A DNA stretch of 64,000 nt from an archaeon (GTDB lineage Archaea > Nanobdellota > Nanobdellia > Woesearchaeales > GW2011-AR9). Below, piece after piece: positions 42,492 to 53,002 of the stretch (within the stretch, counting starts at the first letter, position 1; each line of letters starts with the position of its first letter). The notes under the pieces are model-generated. The model saw only the letters and a program-made list of their open reading frames with translations. It ran no database searches and had not been told where the DNA came from. The DNA lies in assembly GCA_018670085.1 (NCBI GenBank), contig JABHRS010000007.1, positions 272 to 64,271 of the forward strand. The letters are read 5' to 3'. The position numbers and the translations under genes were made by a program.

Positions 42492-42914
42492 TTAATTACA
42501 TTGATATTGATTTTCTGCTTCTTGGAATATCTCATTGATTGCTTTTGGTGCTTCTCCAACTCGTTCCCAGATTGTTGGATGAAGAGTTCCTGAGGTCCAA
42601 TAATCAGCTACTAGAGATTGCAGTTCGAGAAATGCTCCATATAGATCATTTACTGTTTTTTCTTGCGCAGTTGTTACTTCGTTTCCTGATTTATTGAAGT
42701 TTGTCCATTTGAGATTCCAGTTATCACCTTCACTGTAGATATGAATTTTTATAAATGGGTCTTCATAAAAAATTCCTGATGCTGATTGCTCGACATAAGG
42801 ATGGATAGACCAGCGCTCATCTGGGGTGTCCTGTATTCTTGCTTCTAATTGAGTTTCTGATCTAGAAAATGCGTTTATTACTTGATCTTTGATGCTTTTT
42901 TTTTTGGGAGACAT
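42492..42914 (-). CDS. Hypothetical protein
   Basis: 140-aa ORF directly after rps7. Confidence 0.6.
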   Translation of the reverse strand: MSPKKKSIKDQVINAFSRSETQLEARIQDTPDERWSIHPYVEQSASGIFYEDPFIKIHIYSEGDNWNLKWTNFNKSGNEVTTAQEKTVNDLYGAFLELQSLVADYWTSGTLHPTIWERVGEAPKAINEIFQEAENQYQCN

Positions 42915-42955
42915 GTTAAAATTTTAATTAAAAATAAGAAAAATAAAGAAAAAGT

Positions 42956-43558
42956 TTATTTTGAACTTGCTGCTTGACGTTCTAAATCTCGCTTCTTTGC
43001 GATACTTACACTTCGAACATTGTTGTCAAAAGCCATCATAATTTCGTCAGCTAAAGCAGCTGCAATTGAAACTTTTTTGTTAAAAGACTTCTGATAAGCA
43101 CCTTGGGTCATATGACGTAAAGCTAAATCTACACGACGCTGTGGAGCTACTTCAACTGCTTTTGGATATCTTGCTCCACCATATTCAATTGCGATAACTT
43201 CTTCACGAGGAGCCGCATTCTCAACAGCTTTAACTAAAACTGAGATGGGATTGATATTTTTTTTAGCTTCAATGGTCTCAAGAGCTTTTTCAACAATTCT
43301 TAAAACTGAGTTCTTTTTTCCAGTGTTGTGGCCGGAACTCATTAAGTGCTTTTTACTTTTATGTCCAGAACACATTAACTTCGCAGCTAACCTTTCAACA
43401 ATAGAAGTATTAGACTTGTGAAACCTGTTTCCAGCATATCTCGCACCTGTTTTTGGCATAAGCCTTGGACTAGTTGTGATATACTTCACAAGCCCAGGGT
43501 CAGCTACAATTGCTGTTTTTGTGTCCCATCGATTGAAAAATTTAATTTCGCTTTCCAT
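42956..43558 (-). CDS. rps7: Ribosomal protein uS7
   Basis: ENAAPREE, PQRRVDLALR, ERQAASSK. Confidence 0.97.
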   Translation of the reverse strand: MESEIKFFNRWDTKTAIVADPGLVKYITTSPRLMPKTGARYAGNRFHKSNTSIVERLAAKLMCSGHKSKKHLMSSGHNTGKKNSVLRIVEKALETIEAKKNINPISVLVKAVENAAPREEVIAIEYGGARYPKAVEVAPQRRVDLALRHMTQGAYQKSFNKKVSIAAALADEIMMAFDNNVRSVSIAKKRDLERQAASSK

Positions 43559-43592
43559 TTTTTCTTCCTATTATTGTTTAATTTTGATATCT

Positions 43593-44015
43593 CTATCTTC
43601 TAGCCTTTTCTAATTTACCGCCAAGTAAAGCAGGTAGACTTTGATCATTAACTTTGAGTACTTGCCATCTAACTCCAGGAATATCTCCTTTAGCACGGCC
43701 CATTTTTCCACCAATACATTCAATCACAACTTCGTCGTGTTCGTTAATTAGTTTCTGAGCACCGTCACCTGGCATGAAAGCTGTTACTTGCTTTCCATTC
43801 TTTACAAGTTGGACTCTAGCACACTTTCGCATAGCTGAATTAGGTTGTTTAGCTTCAATTTGAACTTTCTCTAACACAATTCCTTTAGCTTGAGATGATC
43901 CTGCTAATGGGTCATGTTTTTTCTTTAAATGAGCTGTTTTCTTAACCGGTTTTGATGCATTTCGGCGTTTTTGCAATTTATTTGCTGCTCTTAGTCCACG
44001 TGTTTTTTTTGCCAT
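43593..44015 (-). CDS. rps12: Ribosomal protein uS12
   Basis: [20 protein letters not shown]. Confidence 0.98.
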   Translation of the reverse strand: MAKKTRGLRAANKLQKRRNASKPVKKTAHLKKKHDPLAGSSQAKGIVLEKVQIEAKQPNSAMRKCARVQLVKNGKQVTAFMPGDGAQKLINEHDEVVIECIGGKMGRAKGDIPGVRWQVLKVNDQSLPALLGGKLEKARR

Positions 44016-44076
44016 TTGAGTTTCCTGTATATTGTTATTTTTTGTTTTTTTTAGTAATTATTATTGTTTTCTGTGT

Positions 44077-44511
44077 TTATTGAATTTCCAGTGTTTTTTG
44101 AAAAAACCTTTCAATTATACTATTTAATTGTCTTAGTTTGCTCCCGCCAGGGCCTATTAATAAACTTTTTGTTTTTTTAGAAGAATCTGAGACTTTAACG
44201 CCCTTTTCAAACACTGAAATGGTCTCAACTTGAAGAGGAGAAATCAGATTTTTAATGAAAATTTTTATATTTGGATGGAATTCAACTATCTTAATTCGTA
44301 GGTTCTGGTGTTGAGAATTTTTACTTGAAAGAGTGGATTGAAGTTTTTTGATGTTTTCAGCACCTTTTCCAATAGCTTTTCCTGCTTTACCCATAGGTAC
44401 AATGAAAATCCACTCTGTGGAACTTTGTTGAAGCCCTTTGCATCGAACTTTACAAATACGTTCAAACAACTGCTCGTAAGCTAAAGAATCTAAATCTATT
44501 TTTATTCGCAT
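44077..44511 (-). CDS. nusA: Archaeal NusA (two KH domains)
   Basis: KAIGKGAENI and LIGPGG; conserved position in operon. Confidence 0.85.
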   Translation of the reverse strand: MRIKIDLDSLAYEQLFERICKVRCKGLQQSSTEWIFIVPMGKAGKAIGKGAENIKKLQSTLSSKNSQHQNLRIKIVEFHPNIKIFIKNLISPLQVETISVFEKGVKVSDSSKKTKSLLIGPGGSKLRQLNSIIERFFQKTLEIQ

Positions 44512-44701
44512 TGTTAATCTTTTGTTATTGTTTACTCATCTATTATATAAATTTTTAGAGAATTATGTTTTTTTTTTAATTTTCTTATGTTTTTTTTATT
44601 TTAATTTAAAAATTATATAAAAATAGTAAAACCTCTTTTGTTTTTTTAATTTTTGTTTATCTCTATAAATGAAAATGATGAATTAAATTATCATAAACTA
44701 A

Positions 44702-44986
44702 TTATGCAGTAACACCAATTATTGCAATAAAAAAGTTCTTTTTACAAATAATTCCAAGTTCTTCATTGTCTTGTTCAAGGACTTCTACTTCTACATCGCG
44801 TAACTTTGCATAATATTTAGCGTCAGAAAGTAGTTCTGCAGGTGCATTTTTTGCAACTAATATTTTGTTAATGGATCCATCTTTTAGACCACTAAGTACT
44901 TTGTTTTTCCCGATAATTGCATTTCCTGCTGCAATTAATTCTTTGATTTGTTGAATTTGTTTGACTGCGTCTTGTTTTGTTGCCAT
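44702..44986 (-). CDS. rpl30e: Ribosomal protein eL30
   Basis: IIG..V...LK, ELGIICKKNF; operon position. Confidence 0.9.
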   Translation of the reverse strand: MATKQDAVKQIQQIKELIAAGNAIIGKNKVLSGLKDGSINKILVAKNAPAELLSDAKYYAKLRDVEVEVLEQDNEELGIICKKNFFIAIIGVTA

Positions 44987-45066
44987 GTTTAATCTCCTTT
45001 CTTTAACTTTTAATGTTATTTTTAAGTGTTTGTGTGACTTTTGTTATTTTGAAGGTTGTACGAACC

Positions 45067-46230
45067 CTATTTCATTTTGGTAATTAAACTTGGAAGCCCA
45101 GTTCCAAGAGGTACAGGTTGGTTAATCATTACATTTTCAACAACTGATTGCAAACGATCAATTTCTCCTGACATTGCTGCTGTAAAAATATGTTTTACCG
45201 GTGTCTCGAAACTTGCTCTAGCTAAAACTGAAGATTTGTCTTTAACTACTCCAAACCTGGTGATTCCTTTTAACTGTCCACTAGCACACATAATGTCTGC
45301 TACAAGCATGATATGACGAATGTCAATGTTTAACCCTTGTGCTTCAATTACCTTAACGGTTTCTTCAATCACAGCGGATCTAGCTGCTTCAATTCCAAGC
45401 ACAGCTTCGATTTCATACAAATCATTACTGGTTGTTTTCATTGAATCAACATCATCCATTGCAAGGATTTCCTTTAAGTTAGATCCAGAGGTTAAAATAA
45501 CGTATTCGCCATTTCTTTCTACAGGAAGAACTTGTTTAACTCCTTTCATTCCATGAATTTTGATCTTCTTGAGTTTAACTTTAATATTATGTAATTCTTT
45601 CAAATTTTCAGACTTACTAGATTTCATACTTAATTCAATCTTATCTGTTTCTTCTCCTTGAACAACTGAAAATGTTTTTAATTTTGTTTTCAAAATCTTT
45701 GCGATTTCTTTTGTATCAAGACTATAATCAGCAGCTGCGTTAGGATCAATTTCAATAATTACTTTTTGATCTAAAATATCAATTGTAACATCCTTTAGAA
45801 CTTCTGGAAGCAGAGTCTCTTTGATGAATTTTGCAAATTGTTTAATCTGTTCTAAAGAGGATTTTCCCTCTTTTAGATAAACTTCCATCATTGGTGTTTT
45901 AATGGTTTTACGAGCATCAAAGATTTCAATTAAACGTGGAAGACCAACTGTTACATTCATCTCAGCAACTCCTGCGAAATGAAATGTGTTTAAGGTCATC
46001 TGAGTACCTGGTTCTCCAATACTTTCAGCACTAACTAAACCAACACATTCACCAGGACTTACAGTAGCTACAACTGCAGATGCCACTAGAGTATCCATGA
46101 TTTGAGTTGCTTGTTTTTTTGTTACAGAGTCAGGAATTTCTTGAGTAGCTTTTTCAATTAAGAAAGGGCTAAGTTTATCTGCATAACTTTGAATGATTGA
46201 TTCAATTTCTTTTTTCATAGTCTTCACCAA
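45067..46230 (-). CDS. rpoA2: RNA polymerase subunit A''
   Basis: SIGEPGTQMTLNTFH, RHIMLVAD, ARASFE. Confidence 0.97.
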   Translation of the reverse strand: MVKTMKKEIESIIQSYADKLSPFLIEKATQEIPDSVTKKQATQIMDTLVASAVVATVSPGECVGLVSAESIGEPGTQMTLNTFHFAGVAEMNVTVGLPRLIEIFDARKTIKTPMMEVYLKEGKSSLEQIKQFAKFIKETLLPEVLKDVTIDILDQKVIIEIDPNAAADYSLDTKEIAKILKTKLKTFSVVQGEETDKIELSMKSSKSENLKELHNIKVKLKKIKIHGMKGVKQVLPVERNGEYVILTSGSNLKEILAMDDVDSMKTTSNDLYEIEAVLGIEAARSAVIEETVKVIEAQGLNIDIRHIMLVADIMCASGQLKGITRFGVVKDKSSVLARASFETPVKHIFTAAMSGEIDRLQSVVENVMINQPVPLGTGLPSLITKMK

Positions 46231-46259
46231 TGTTTAATATTTTAATTCATTAATTGTTA

Positions 46260-48836
46260 TTATTGTTTCTCACCAATAACTGCTTGAACAATTTCTTTTA
46301 CATCAATTGAACCTGCTTTGGTTTTTGATACATCAAAACCATCTTCACCATACTTGAATTGTACAATTCTACCACTTGCATCACGCACAGTGTGATCGTA
46401 TTCAACTTTCAAATCTTGCATAGCATTTGATAATCTTCGATATAAGTATCCTGATTTAGGAGTACGTAGAGCAGTATCCATCAGAGCGTCACGACCTGTC
46501 ATAGCTCCAAAAAAGAACTCAGCTGGGTCTAATCCACTCTTGAAAGAATTTTTAATAAATCCACGAGCAGCAGGAGAGATATCATGTTTCTTAAAATAAG
46601 AAAGAGTTCTATCAGTAAAACCTTTATCGATTCTTCGACCACGTAGAGCTTGTTGCCCTGTGATAGCTGACATCTGAGCAATGTTTAAAATGTTTCCACG
46701 TGCTCCTGATCTTGCCATTACTAAAGCTGCATTTTCTTTAATTTGTTTCATTGCAACTTCACCGCTTTTATTACGAGCTTTGTTTAATACTTCAAGTAAT
46801 CTTAATTCAAGAGTCTCTTGAACAGTACGACCTGCTAACGCTGGTAATTTACCTGCCTCATATTTTTCAATAATGTCAAATGCTTTTTGCTCACTATCGT
46901 TGATACTTTGTTTAACAAGTTCTGCTGTTTTTGGCATTAAATCAAGGTCTCCAATTCCAATTGAAAATCCTCGTCTTAATAAAACTGCAATCCCTAGCTT
47001 CGAAATTTTCCCAAGTAGGTCTGCTGTAAAAGCTGCGCCATATTGGGAATATAAATTCCGAAGTAATAGTCCACTCTCTTCTCCGAGGTTTGCCTTATCC
47101 ATCAAACCGCTTTTGAGTTTACCATTGATAATTTTTACTTCATTTCCACTTTTATCTTTACCAAAGAATGTGAAATCAGTTGGGAGTAAAGCTGAAAATA
47201 CTTCTTTTCCATCTAGTTTCTCTTTTTTAGCTAAATTAGATAAATCACTAACACCACAACTGTATAATAAATCAACAGACTCTGGGTATGATAAAATTAA
47301 TTCTTTAGTTAGCAAATAGTTACCAGTGATTGCGTCGTGAATACTTCCAACTACACTTAAACCGTCACGTGGACTAATTAATTGTGTTTGTACAAGCATT
47401 AAAACTTCAGCTTCACTTCTTGCTTCTTCAGTTTGAGGAACGTGTAAGTTCATCTCATCACCATCAAAGTCTGCGTTATAAGGGTGACAAACTGATGGGT
47501 TTAATCTGAATGTTTTACCAGGAAGAACACGTACCTTGTGTGCCATCATTGACATTCTGTGTAGGGATGGTTGACGGTTGAAAAGTGCGATATCTCCATC
47601 TAAAAGATGACGTTCAACGATGTAACCTTCAGTTAATTCTTCAGTAATTTCATCCATTGTAAAATCTGCAATTGCTTTACGTTTTCCATCTGGACGAATA
47701 ATGTAATTTGCACCAGGGTAAACTTTTGGACCACGGTTAACAAATTCTAACAAATATGCTTTATTCCATTCAGTAATTCTTTCTGGAATTGTTAAGTGCA
47801 TTGCCATTTTCTTTGGCACACCAACTTCATTAAGACTAATTAATGGGTCTGGACTGATAACTGTTCTTGCTGAAAAGTCAGTTCTTTTACCAGCTAAATT
47901 GTGACGAATACGTCCTTCTTTACTTTTAATTCTCTTTGTAAGAGTTTTTAGAACTTGTCCACCACGGTGACGTGCTGGAGGAAGCTGTGCTACTGTATTA
48001 TCAAAATAAGTAGTTACATGATATTGTAATAAGTCCCACAGATCTTCAATAATAATCTCTGGTGCTCCTGCGTTAATGTTTTCGAATAGACGCTGGTTAA
48101 TTCTTACTACATCTCCTAACTTGTGAGTTAGGTCATCTTCACTACGTTCTCCACTTTCAAGAGTGATACTTGGACGCATAGTTACTGGTGGAATTTGAAG
48201 AACAGTTAGGATCATCCATTCTGGACGGATAGCAACTGCATTCATACCAAATAATTCTAAATCTTCATCAGGAATTCTCTCAAGCCATGCTCGTAATTCA
48301 ATTGGTGAGAGTTTACGATCTTCTTCATGGAAGGTGTATGGTTTTTCAAGTTTTATTTTTCCTTGTTTTGATGCACAATGAGGACATTTACCTTTCCCTT
48401 TGTATTTAGTTACAATCTCTCTAACTTGACGTCTTTGAGCTTGAACACTTTGATCTTCACCGATTTCTTGTAAGGTGTCGGAATATCTTTTGATATCTTT
48501 TTGTGGGATTAAAACTCTTCCACAACTGTTACAAGTACATTTTAGAAAATCATACACTTGACGTACAAATTTAATATGAACTGTAGGCCTTGCAAGTTCA
48601 ATATAACCAAAATGACCAAGAGTATCTTTTAGACGAAGACCGTCTGTTCGACAAACAAGCCCAGGATCAATTACACCAAGTCTTGTGTCCATAAGTCCAC
48701 CATCTACAGGGTATCCTTCTCGATCGTAAAGTTCTGGAGTTACAATTTTAGCTGCAGCCATTGCTTTAATCATTTTTGGAGAGAGGACTCTAAATTGAAT
48801 TGATCCTACTTTTTTGGAGATAAATTGTGGTCTCAT
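46260..48836 (-). CDS. rpoA1: RNA polymerase subunit A'
   Basis: YNADFDGDEMN, FNRQPSLH, DTALRT.KSGY. Confidence 0.98.
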   Translation of the reverse strand: MRPQFISKKVGSIQFRVLSPKMIKAMAAAKIVTPELYDREGYPVDGGLMDTRLGVIDPGLVCRTDGLRLKDTLGHFGYIELARPTVHIKFVRQVYDFLKCTCNSCGRVLIPQKDIKRYSDTLQEIGEDQSVQAQRRQVREIVTKYKGKGKCPHCASKQGKIKLEKPYTFHEEDRKLSPIELRAWLERIPDEDLELFGMNAVAIRPEWMILTVLQIPPVTMRPSITLESGERSEDDLTHKLGDVVRINQRLFENINAGAPEIIIEDLWDLLQYHVTTYFDNTVAQLPPARHRGGQVLKTLTKRIKSKEGRIRHNLAGKRTDFSARTVISPDPLISLNEVGVPKKMAMHLTIPERITEWNKAYLLEFVNRGPKVYPGANYIIRPDGKRKAIADFTMDEITEELTEGYIVERHLLDGDIALFNRQPSLHRMSMMAHKVRVLPGKTFRLNPSVCHPYNADFDGDEMNLHVPQTEEARSEAEVLMLVQTQLISPRDGLSVVGSIHDAITGNYLLTKELILSYPESVDLLYSCGVSDLSNLAKKEKLDGKEVFSALLPTDFTFFGKDKSGNEVKIINGKLKSGLMDKANLGEESGLLLRNLYSQYGAAFTADLLGKISKLGIAVLLRRGFSIGIGDLDLMPKTAELVKQSINDSEQKAFDIIEKYEAGKLPALAGRTVQETLELRLLEVLNKARNKSGEVAMKQIKENAALVMARSGARGNILNIAQMSAITGQQALRGRRIDKGFTDRTLSYFKKHDISPAARGFIKNSFKSGLDPAEFFFGAMTGRDALMDTALRTPKSGYLYRRLSNAMQDLKVEYDHTVRDASGRIVQFKYGEDGFDVSKTKAGSIDVKEIVQAVIGEKQ

Positions 48837-48932
48837 GGTTTTTTCCTCGGTATGTTATGTGTATATTGTTATTGAATTTTTTGTTTGTTCTTTCTTTTTT
48901 TGTTTTTATTTGTTAAAATTGTAATAAAAAAA

Positions 48933-50738
48933 TTAAAACTTATCTTTCAAAGTTATATGTGGATATATTCCAAGTGAAAGTAACTCGTTTAATAATAGTT
49001 TAAACGCGTAACTCATCTCAACGTATGCCATATCTGAGTCGTCACCATAAATTGGACTCTTTAACTGTTTAGTTCGTCCGTCAAAGTACCCAATTAAACC
49101 TGATTTCATACAAACAGGAACAGAGACTTTATCGGAATCGAATCTTTCTTTTAACAGTAAAGTTGCACCATGAGCTACGAATGTATCTTTCTCCATCTCT
49201 CCTAGTCTAAGTCCACCTTCACGAGCTTTACCTTCAGTTGGTTGACGAGTTAAAAGTTGAATTGGTCCACGTGCACGTGATTGCATTTTGTTAGCTACCA
49301 TATGTCTTAGACGTAAATAGTACATGTTACCAACATAGATTCTAGCAACCATTCTTTTTCCTGAGATACCATCATACATAACTTCGGTTCCATCTTCTTT
49401 AAATCCTAATCTGGAAAGTTCATCTCTTAGATCAACTTCTTTTTCAGAATCAAATAATGATGCATCAACATGACGAGCAGCAAGTGCTCCAACTTTTGCA
49501 CCAATTAGTTCTAATAAATGTGAAACTGTCATTCTTGAAGATACTCCGTGCGGTGTGAAAATTAAATCTGGAGTAACTCCTGATTGTGTGAAAGGTAAAT
49601 CAGCACTTGGAATTAAAATACCAACAACTCCTTTCTGACCATGACGGGAAGTAAATTTATCACCAATCTCTGGGATTCTTTCTTCACGAAGTCTTACTTG
49701 GATTAATTTGTTTCCTTCTTCACTTTCAGTTAAAGTAATGAAATCTGCAATACCACGTTCACCGTGTTTTAGAGCAACTGAACTTTCACGACGTACACCA
49801 ACTGATAAATTGTATTCATCTAAACTGTTAAGAAATCTTGGAGGTGAAGTTCTTCCAATAACAACATCGCCTTCATTAAGCTTTGCTTCTGGGTAAATGA
49901 TTCCGTCTTCTTCTAAAAATTTATATTCAGCTTCAGTTCGGTATCCTTTGGTTTCTTTATCAGGAATTTCTAATTCATCTGTTAATCCACCACTGTATCT
50001 TAATAATTCAGCACTAACCGGTCTAAAATAACTACTTCTAGCTAGACCTCTTTGGACACTACTCTTGTTTAGGATAACTCCATCTTCCATGTTATATCCT
50101 TTATAGGACATGATAGCAACTACAATGTTTTGACCTGCTGGATGTTCAGCGTAATTTGTAACGTCGTGTAATTGTGTTTTAATAATTGGATATTGTGGGT
50201 AATGCATTAGGTTAGAATCCATATCCATTCGAATATGATAGTTAGCTGCATAAAATCCGATTGCCTGTTTTTGGTTTTTACTACCAATAATTAAACGAGA
50301 TGATGGGTTAAAGTTTCCAAAAGGTACAAGTGCAGTAGTAATCCCAACAATTGAACCTTGAGTGATCTCTACATGTGTATGGTTCTCTGTGATTTGGTCT
50401 TCAATAAATGCAACAAGTGCATTTTCTTCTTCACCAGCATCAAGATATTCAATAACTCCTTGTTTAGTTAAATCGTCCCAAGTAATTTCTCCTGCAGTTA
50501 ATTGTTCAATATGTTTTTCAGTTAACAGAGATTTTCCGCCTTTCACAATAATTAAAGGACGAAGGCTACGACCTTTTTGTGAAGAAATGTGGATCTCATT
50601 GGTAATTGTGTTGTGATAAACATTTGCTTGGATCTCAACTTGACCTTTACGTCTTTGATCTTTGAAATCCTCGATGAATAGTGCAGCATTATCTACAGTA
50701 CCTAGATATTTTTGATTTACATATACTTCTGTTGCCAT
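48933..50738 (-). CDS. rpoB1: RNA polymerase subunit B'
   Basis: GDKFTSRHGQKG, GGLRLGEME. Confidence 0.97.
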   Translation of the reverse strand: MATEVYVNQKYLGTVDNAALFIEDFKDQRRKGQVEIQANVYHNTITNEIHISSQKGRSLRPLIIVKGGKSLLTEKHIEQLTAGEITWDDLTKQGVIEYLDAGEEENALVAFIEDQITENHTHVEITQGSIVGITTALVPFGNFNPSSRLIIGSKNQKQAIGFYAANYHIRMDMDSNLMHYPQYPIIKTQLHDVTNYAEHPAGQNIVVAIMSYKGYNMEDGVILNKSSVQRGLARSSYFRPVSAELLRYSGGLTDELEIPDKETKGYRTEAEYKFLEEDGIIYPEAKLNEGDVVIGRTSPPRFLNSLDEYNLSVGVRRESSVALKHGERGIADFITLTESEEGNKLIQVRLREERIPEIGDKFTSRHGQKGVVGILIPSADLPFTQSGVTPDLIFTPHGVSSRMTVSHLLELIGAKVGALAARHVDASLFDSEKEVDLRDELSRLGFKEDGTEVMYDGISGKRMVARIYVGNMYYLRLRHMVANKMQSRARGPIQLLTRQPTEGKAREGGLRLGEMEKDTFVAHGATLLLKERFDSDKVSVPVCMKSGLIGYFDGRTKQLKSPIYGDDSDMAYVEMSYAFKLLLNELLSLGIYPHITLKDKF

Positions 50739-50793
50739 TGTTTTTTGCCTTTATTTTTTTAATTATTATGTTCAGTAATTATCTATATGTTAA

Positions 50794-52275
50794 TTATTGT
50801 ACTTCTTTTACTCCAAGTTCTTTTACTTGTTCAAGTAACTTAGTATCATCCATACTTTGGGAAATACTACAAAGCATTGCCATGTTTTTTCTAAGACCAA
50901 TGTTTGTTCCTTCTGGAGTTTCAATTGGACAAAGTCTTCCAATATGAGTACAGTGCAGAGCACGAGCTTCGAAGTTTTCTTGTGAACTGGAAAGTGGTGA
51001 GTTAACCTTTTGAAGGTGTGAAACCATTCCTAAAAAGTTAGCACGATCAATTCTTTGGGAAATACCTTGACGTCCGCCAACCCATTCTCCAGTTGCCATA
51101 GAGGAATAGATTCTAGACGTTAATAACTTATCACGAATTATAACTCTAATTGATGGGAGTTTACCACGTTTAATGATTCTTTGAAAGTTGTAAAGAATAT
51201 CATTAATTAGTAATTTGAAATTTGCACGGAATAAATCAAGTAATAAATCACCTGATAATCTTAGTCTCTTATTCATATAATGATCTTTGTCATTGAATGG
51301 AATTTCTCCCAGTTTTGCTCTAATTAATTTTTTGAACATTTTACACAAGTTTTTAGCTTTAACTGCTCGACTCGCTTTATCTCTCCCAATATGTGGTAAG
51401 AAATATTTGTCAATCATATCACGTGCTCTCTCAACTCTTACTTCTTTTGTTTGAGTGAACCCGCTTTTACGAGCTAAAGTATCAAATGCATCTTCTTGAT
51501 CTCGAACATCTGCGAATTCAAATAAGTTAATTAGAACATCTTCATAACTTTCATTGCCACAAATTTCTTTCATGATTTGTTCATCTTTTAACATACCAAG
51601 AGCTTTTAGAAGTACTACAATTGGAACTTCTTTCATTCTAGTAAAGGAGATTTGAGCAATTCCATCTTTCTTGTTAAAACTTAATAAATGAGGGATTTTA
51701 TATGATCCTTCAGCTGAAAAGATTCTTCCAGTTGGAGACATTGTTTTTTGATCTTGTTCGATTACAAAGTTATTCTCTGCTAGATCTTCAATGGTAACTA
51801 GAACTCTTTCTGTTCCATTAATAATAAAGTATCCACCAGGGTCGTTAGGGTCTTCACCTTTAACAATTAATTCTTCTCGGTTTAGATCTTTAAGATTACA
51901 ATAATCACTTCTTAGCATAATAGGTAATTTTCCAACTTCTGCTTGAAAGTTTTCTCTTTGAACATCGTTAATGTATGATGAAATCTCAAGAAAGATTGGT
52001 GCTGAGTAAGAAATTTTTCTAAGGCGAGCTTCACTTGGGAAAATTGCACGGCGTGAACCATCTGCTTCAATAATTTGAGGTTTACCAACAGTAATTTTTC
52101 CAAAACGGATTTTAAATGATTCAATATTATGAGGGATAATGTTTGGTTCAGCTTCTTTATTTTCTTCAATAACCTCTTTGAGTCCTTGGTTTATGAAATT
52201 GTTAAATGACCGAATACTACTTTCAACGAATTTTTTTTCTTCGAAATATTTCTTGATTAAGATGGATTTGTCCAT
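50794..52275 (-). CDS. rpoB2: RNA polymerase subunit B''
   Basis: DPGGYFIINGTE, CPIETPEG. Confidence 0.97.
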   Translation of the reverse strand: MDKSILIKKYFEEKKFVESSIRSFNNFINQGLKEVIEENKEAEPNIIPHNIESFKIRFGKITVGKPQIIEADGSRRAIFPSEARLRKISYSAPIFLEISSYINDVQRENFQAEVGKLPIMLRSDYCNLKDLNREELIVKGEDPNDPGGYFIINGTERVLVTIEDLAENNFVIEQDQKTMSPTGRIFSAEGSYKIPHLLSFNKKDGIAQISFTRMKEVPIVVLLKALGMLKDEQIMKEICGNESYEDVLINLFEFADVRDQEDAFDTLARKSGFTQTKEVRVERARDMIDKYFLPHIGRDKASRAVKAKNLCKMFKKLIRAKLGEIPFNDKDHYMNKRLRLSGDLLLDLFRANFKLLINDILYNFQRIIKRGKLPSIRVIIRDKLLTSRIYSSMATGEWVGGRQGISQRIDRANFLGMVSHLQKVNSPLSSSQENFEARALHCTHIGRLCPIETPEGTNIGLRKNMAMLCSISQSMDDTKLLEQVKELGVKEVQ

Positions 52276-52347
52276 TGTGGTTGCCTCATGATTATTTTGA
52301 ATATTTTGTTGGTTTTTGATTAAATAATTTTAATTGGTATTTGATAA

Positions 52348-52578
52348 TTATTTATTAATTATAACTCGATAATATGTACTCACTCCTGCGCTTCTACTTT
52401 CTCGAGTAATTTTTACAATATCTCCTTGGTTCGGTTCTAAATCTTTAACTGCAGCATCAGTTGCTAAGATTTTTGGGAGTTCTCTAATAGAGATATGATA
52501 ACTTGCTAGAATTTCAGCTTTTTGTTTATCATTAAGTAAAGTATGTTCTGGGATAAAACTGTGGTTTTGGGTTGGCAT
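52348..52578 (-). CDS. rpoH: RNA polymerase subunit H
   Basis: HSFIPEH, LPKI...D, GDIVKITRES, YYR; start MPTQ at 52578 after GGAG. Confidence 0.95.
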   Translation of the reverse strand: MPTQNHSFIPEHTLLNDKQKAEILASYHISIRELPKILATDAAVKDLEPNQGDIVKITRESRSAGVSTYYRVIINK

Positions 52579-52638
52579 TGTTAATCTCCTGTGATTGTTG
52601 GTTGATGATTTTCTTTGAATTGTTTTGAATGAAAAAAA

Positions 52639-52761
52639 TGGCGGGCCGGACGGGATTTGAACCCGCGACCACTTGATATCTTCACAATAAAAAAGATAAA
52701 TCTCTCTTATCATTATACTTGACTAAAAGTCAAGTGCTCTACCAAGCTGAGCTACCAGCCC
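52639..52761 (-). tRNA. tRNA-Lys(TTT), 46-nt intron at 37/38 (52678-52723), CCA encoded
   Basis: GGGCTGG..CTTGA CTTTTA^A TCAAG..GCGGG TTCAAAT CCCGT CCGGCCC G CCA; BHB helix CTTT/GAAG. Confidence 0.93.
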
Positions 52762-52805
52762 GCAATGATTTGGATTTTCTCGCTTCTTTACTTTTTAGTA
52801 AAAAA

Positions 52806-52853
52806 GCACCCTGGCCGGATAACAACAATTCGCTGTGCAAATTCTTGAACCCG
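52806..52853 (-). repeat. Degenerate second copy of the tRNA-Asp T-arm/acceptor 3' end with a hairpin insertion
   Basis: gcaccctggccgg (52806-52818) vs gcgccctggccgg (52888-52900), 12/13; gaacccg at 52847-52853. Confidence 0.65.
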
Positions 52854-52888
52854 TCCAACTCATATCTCCTAACCATAAGATTAGGAAG

Positions 52889-53002
52889 CGCCCTGGCCGG
52901 GGATCGAACCCGGATCGGGGCCTTTCTTTGGAAGAGCTGAAATTTTGATTTTAACACCACTTCCTCGACAGGGCCCCATGATAACCATTACACTACCAAG
53001 GC
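52889..53002 (-). tRNA. tRNA-Asp(GTC), 42-nt intron at 37/38 (52924-52965)
   Basis: GCCTTGG..GGGCC CTGTCG^A GGCCC..CCGGG TTCGATC CCCGG CCAGGGC G. Confidence 0.92.

Noticed and set aside
42492-42956. EF-2 missing after rps7, with tuf-rps10 about 26 kb away
   Set aside because: Break-up of the str operon is common in archaea
52579-52960. rpoH N-terminal extension and the 73-aa ORFs
   Set aside because: They run through tRNA-Lys and tRNA-Asp; the true rpoH start is 52578
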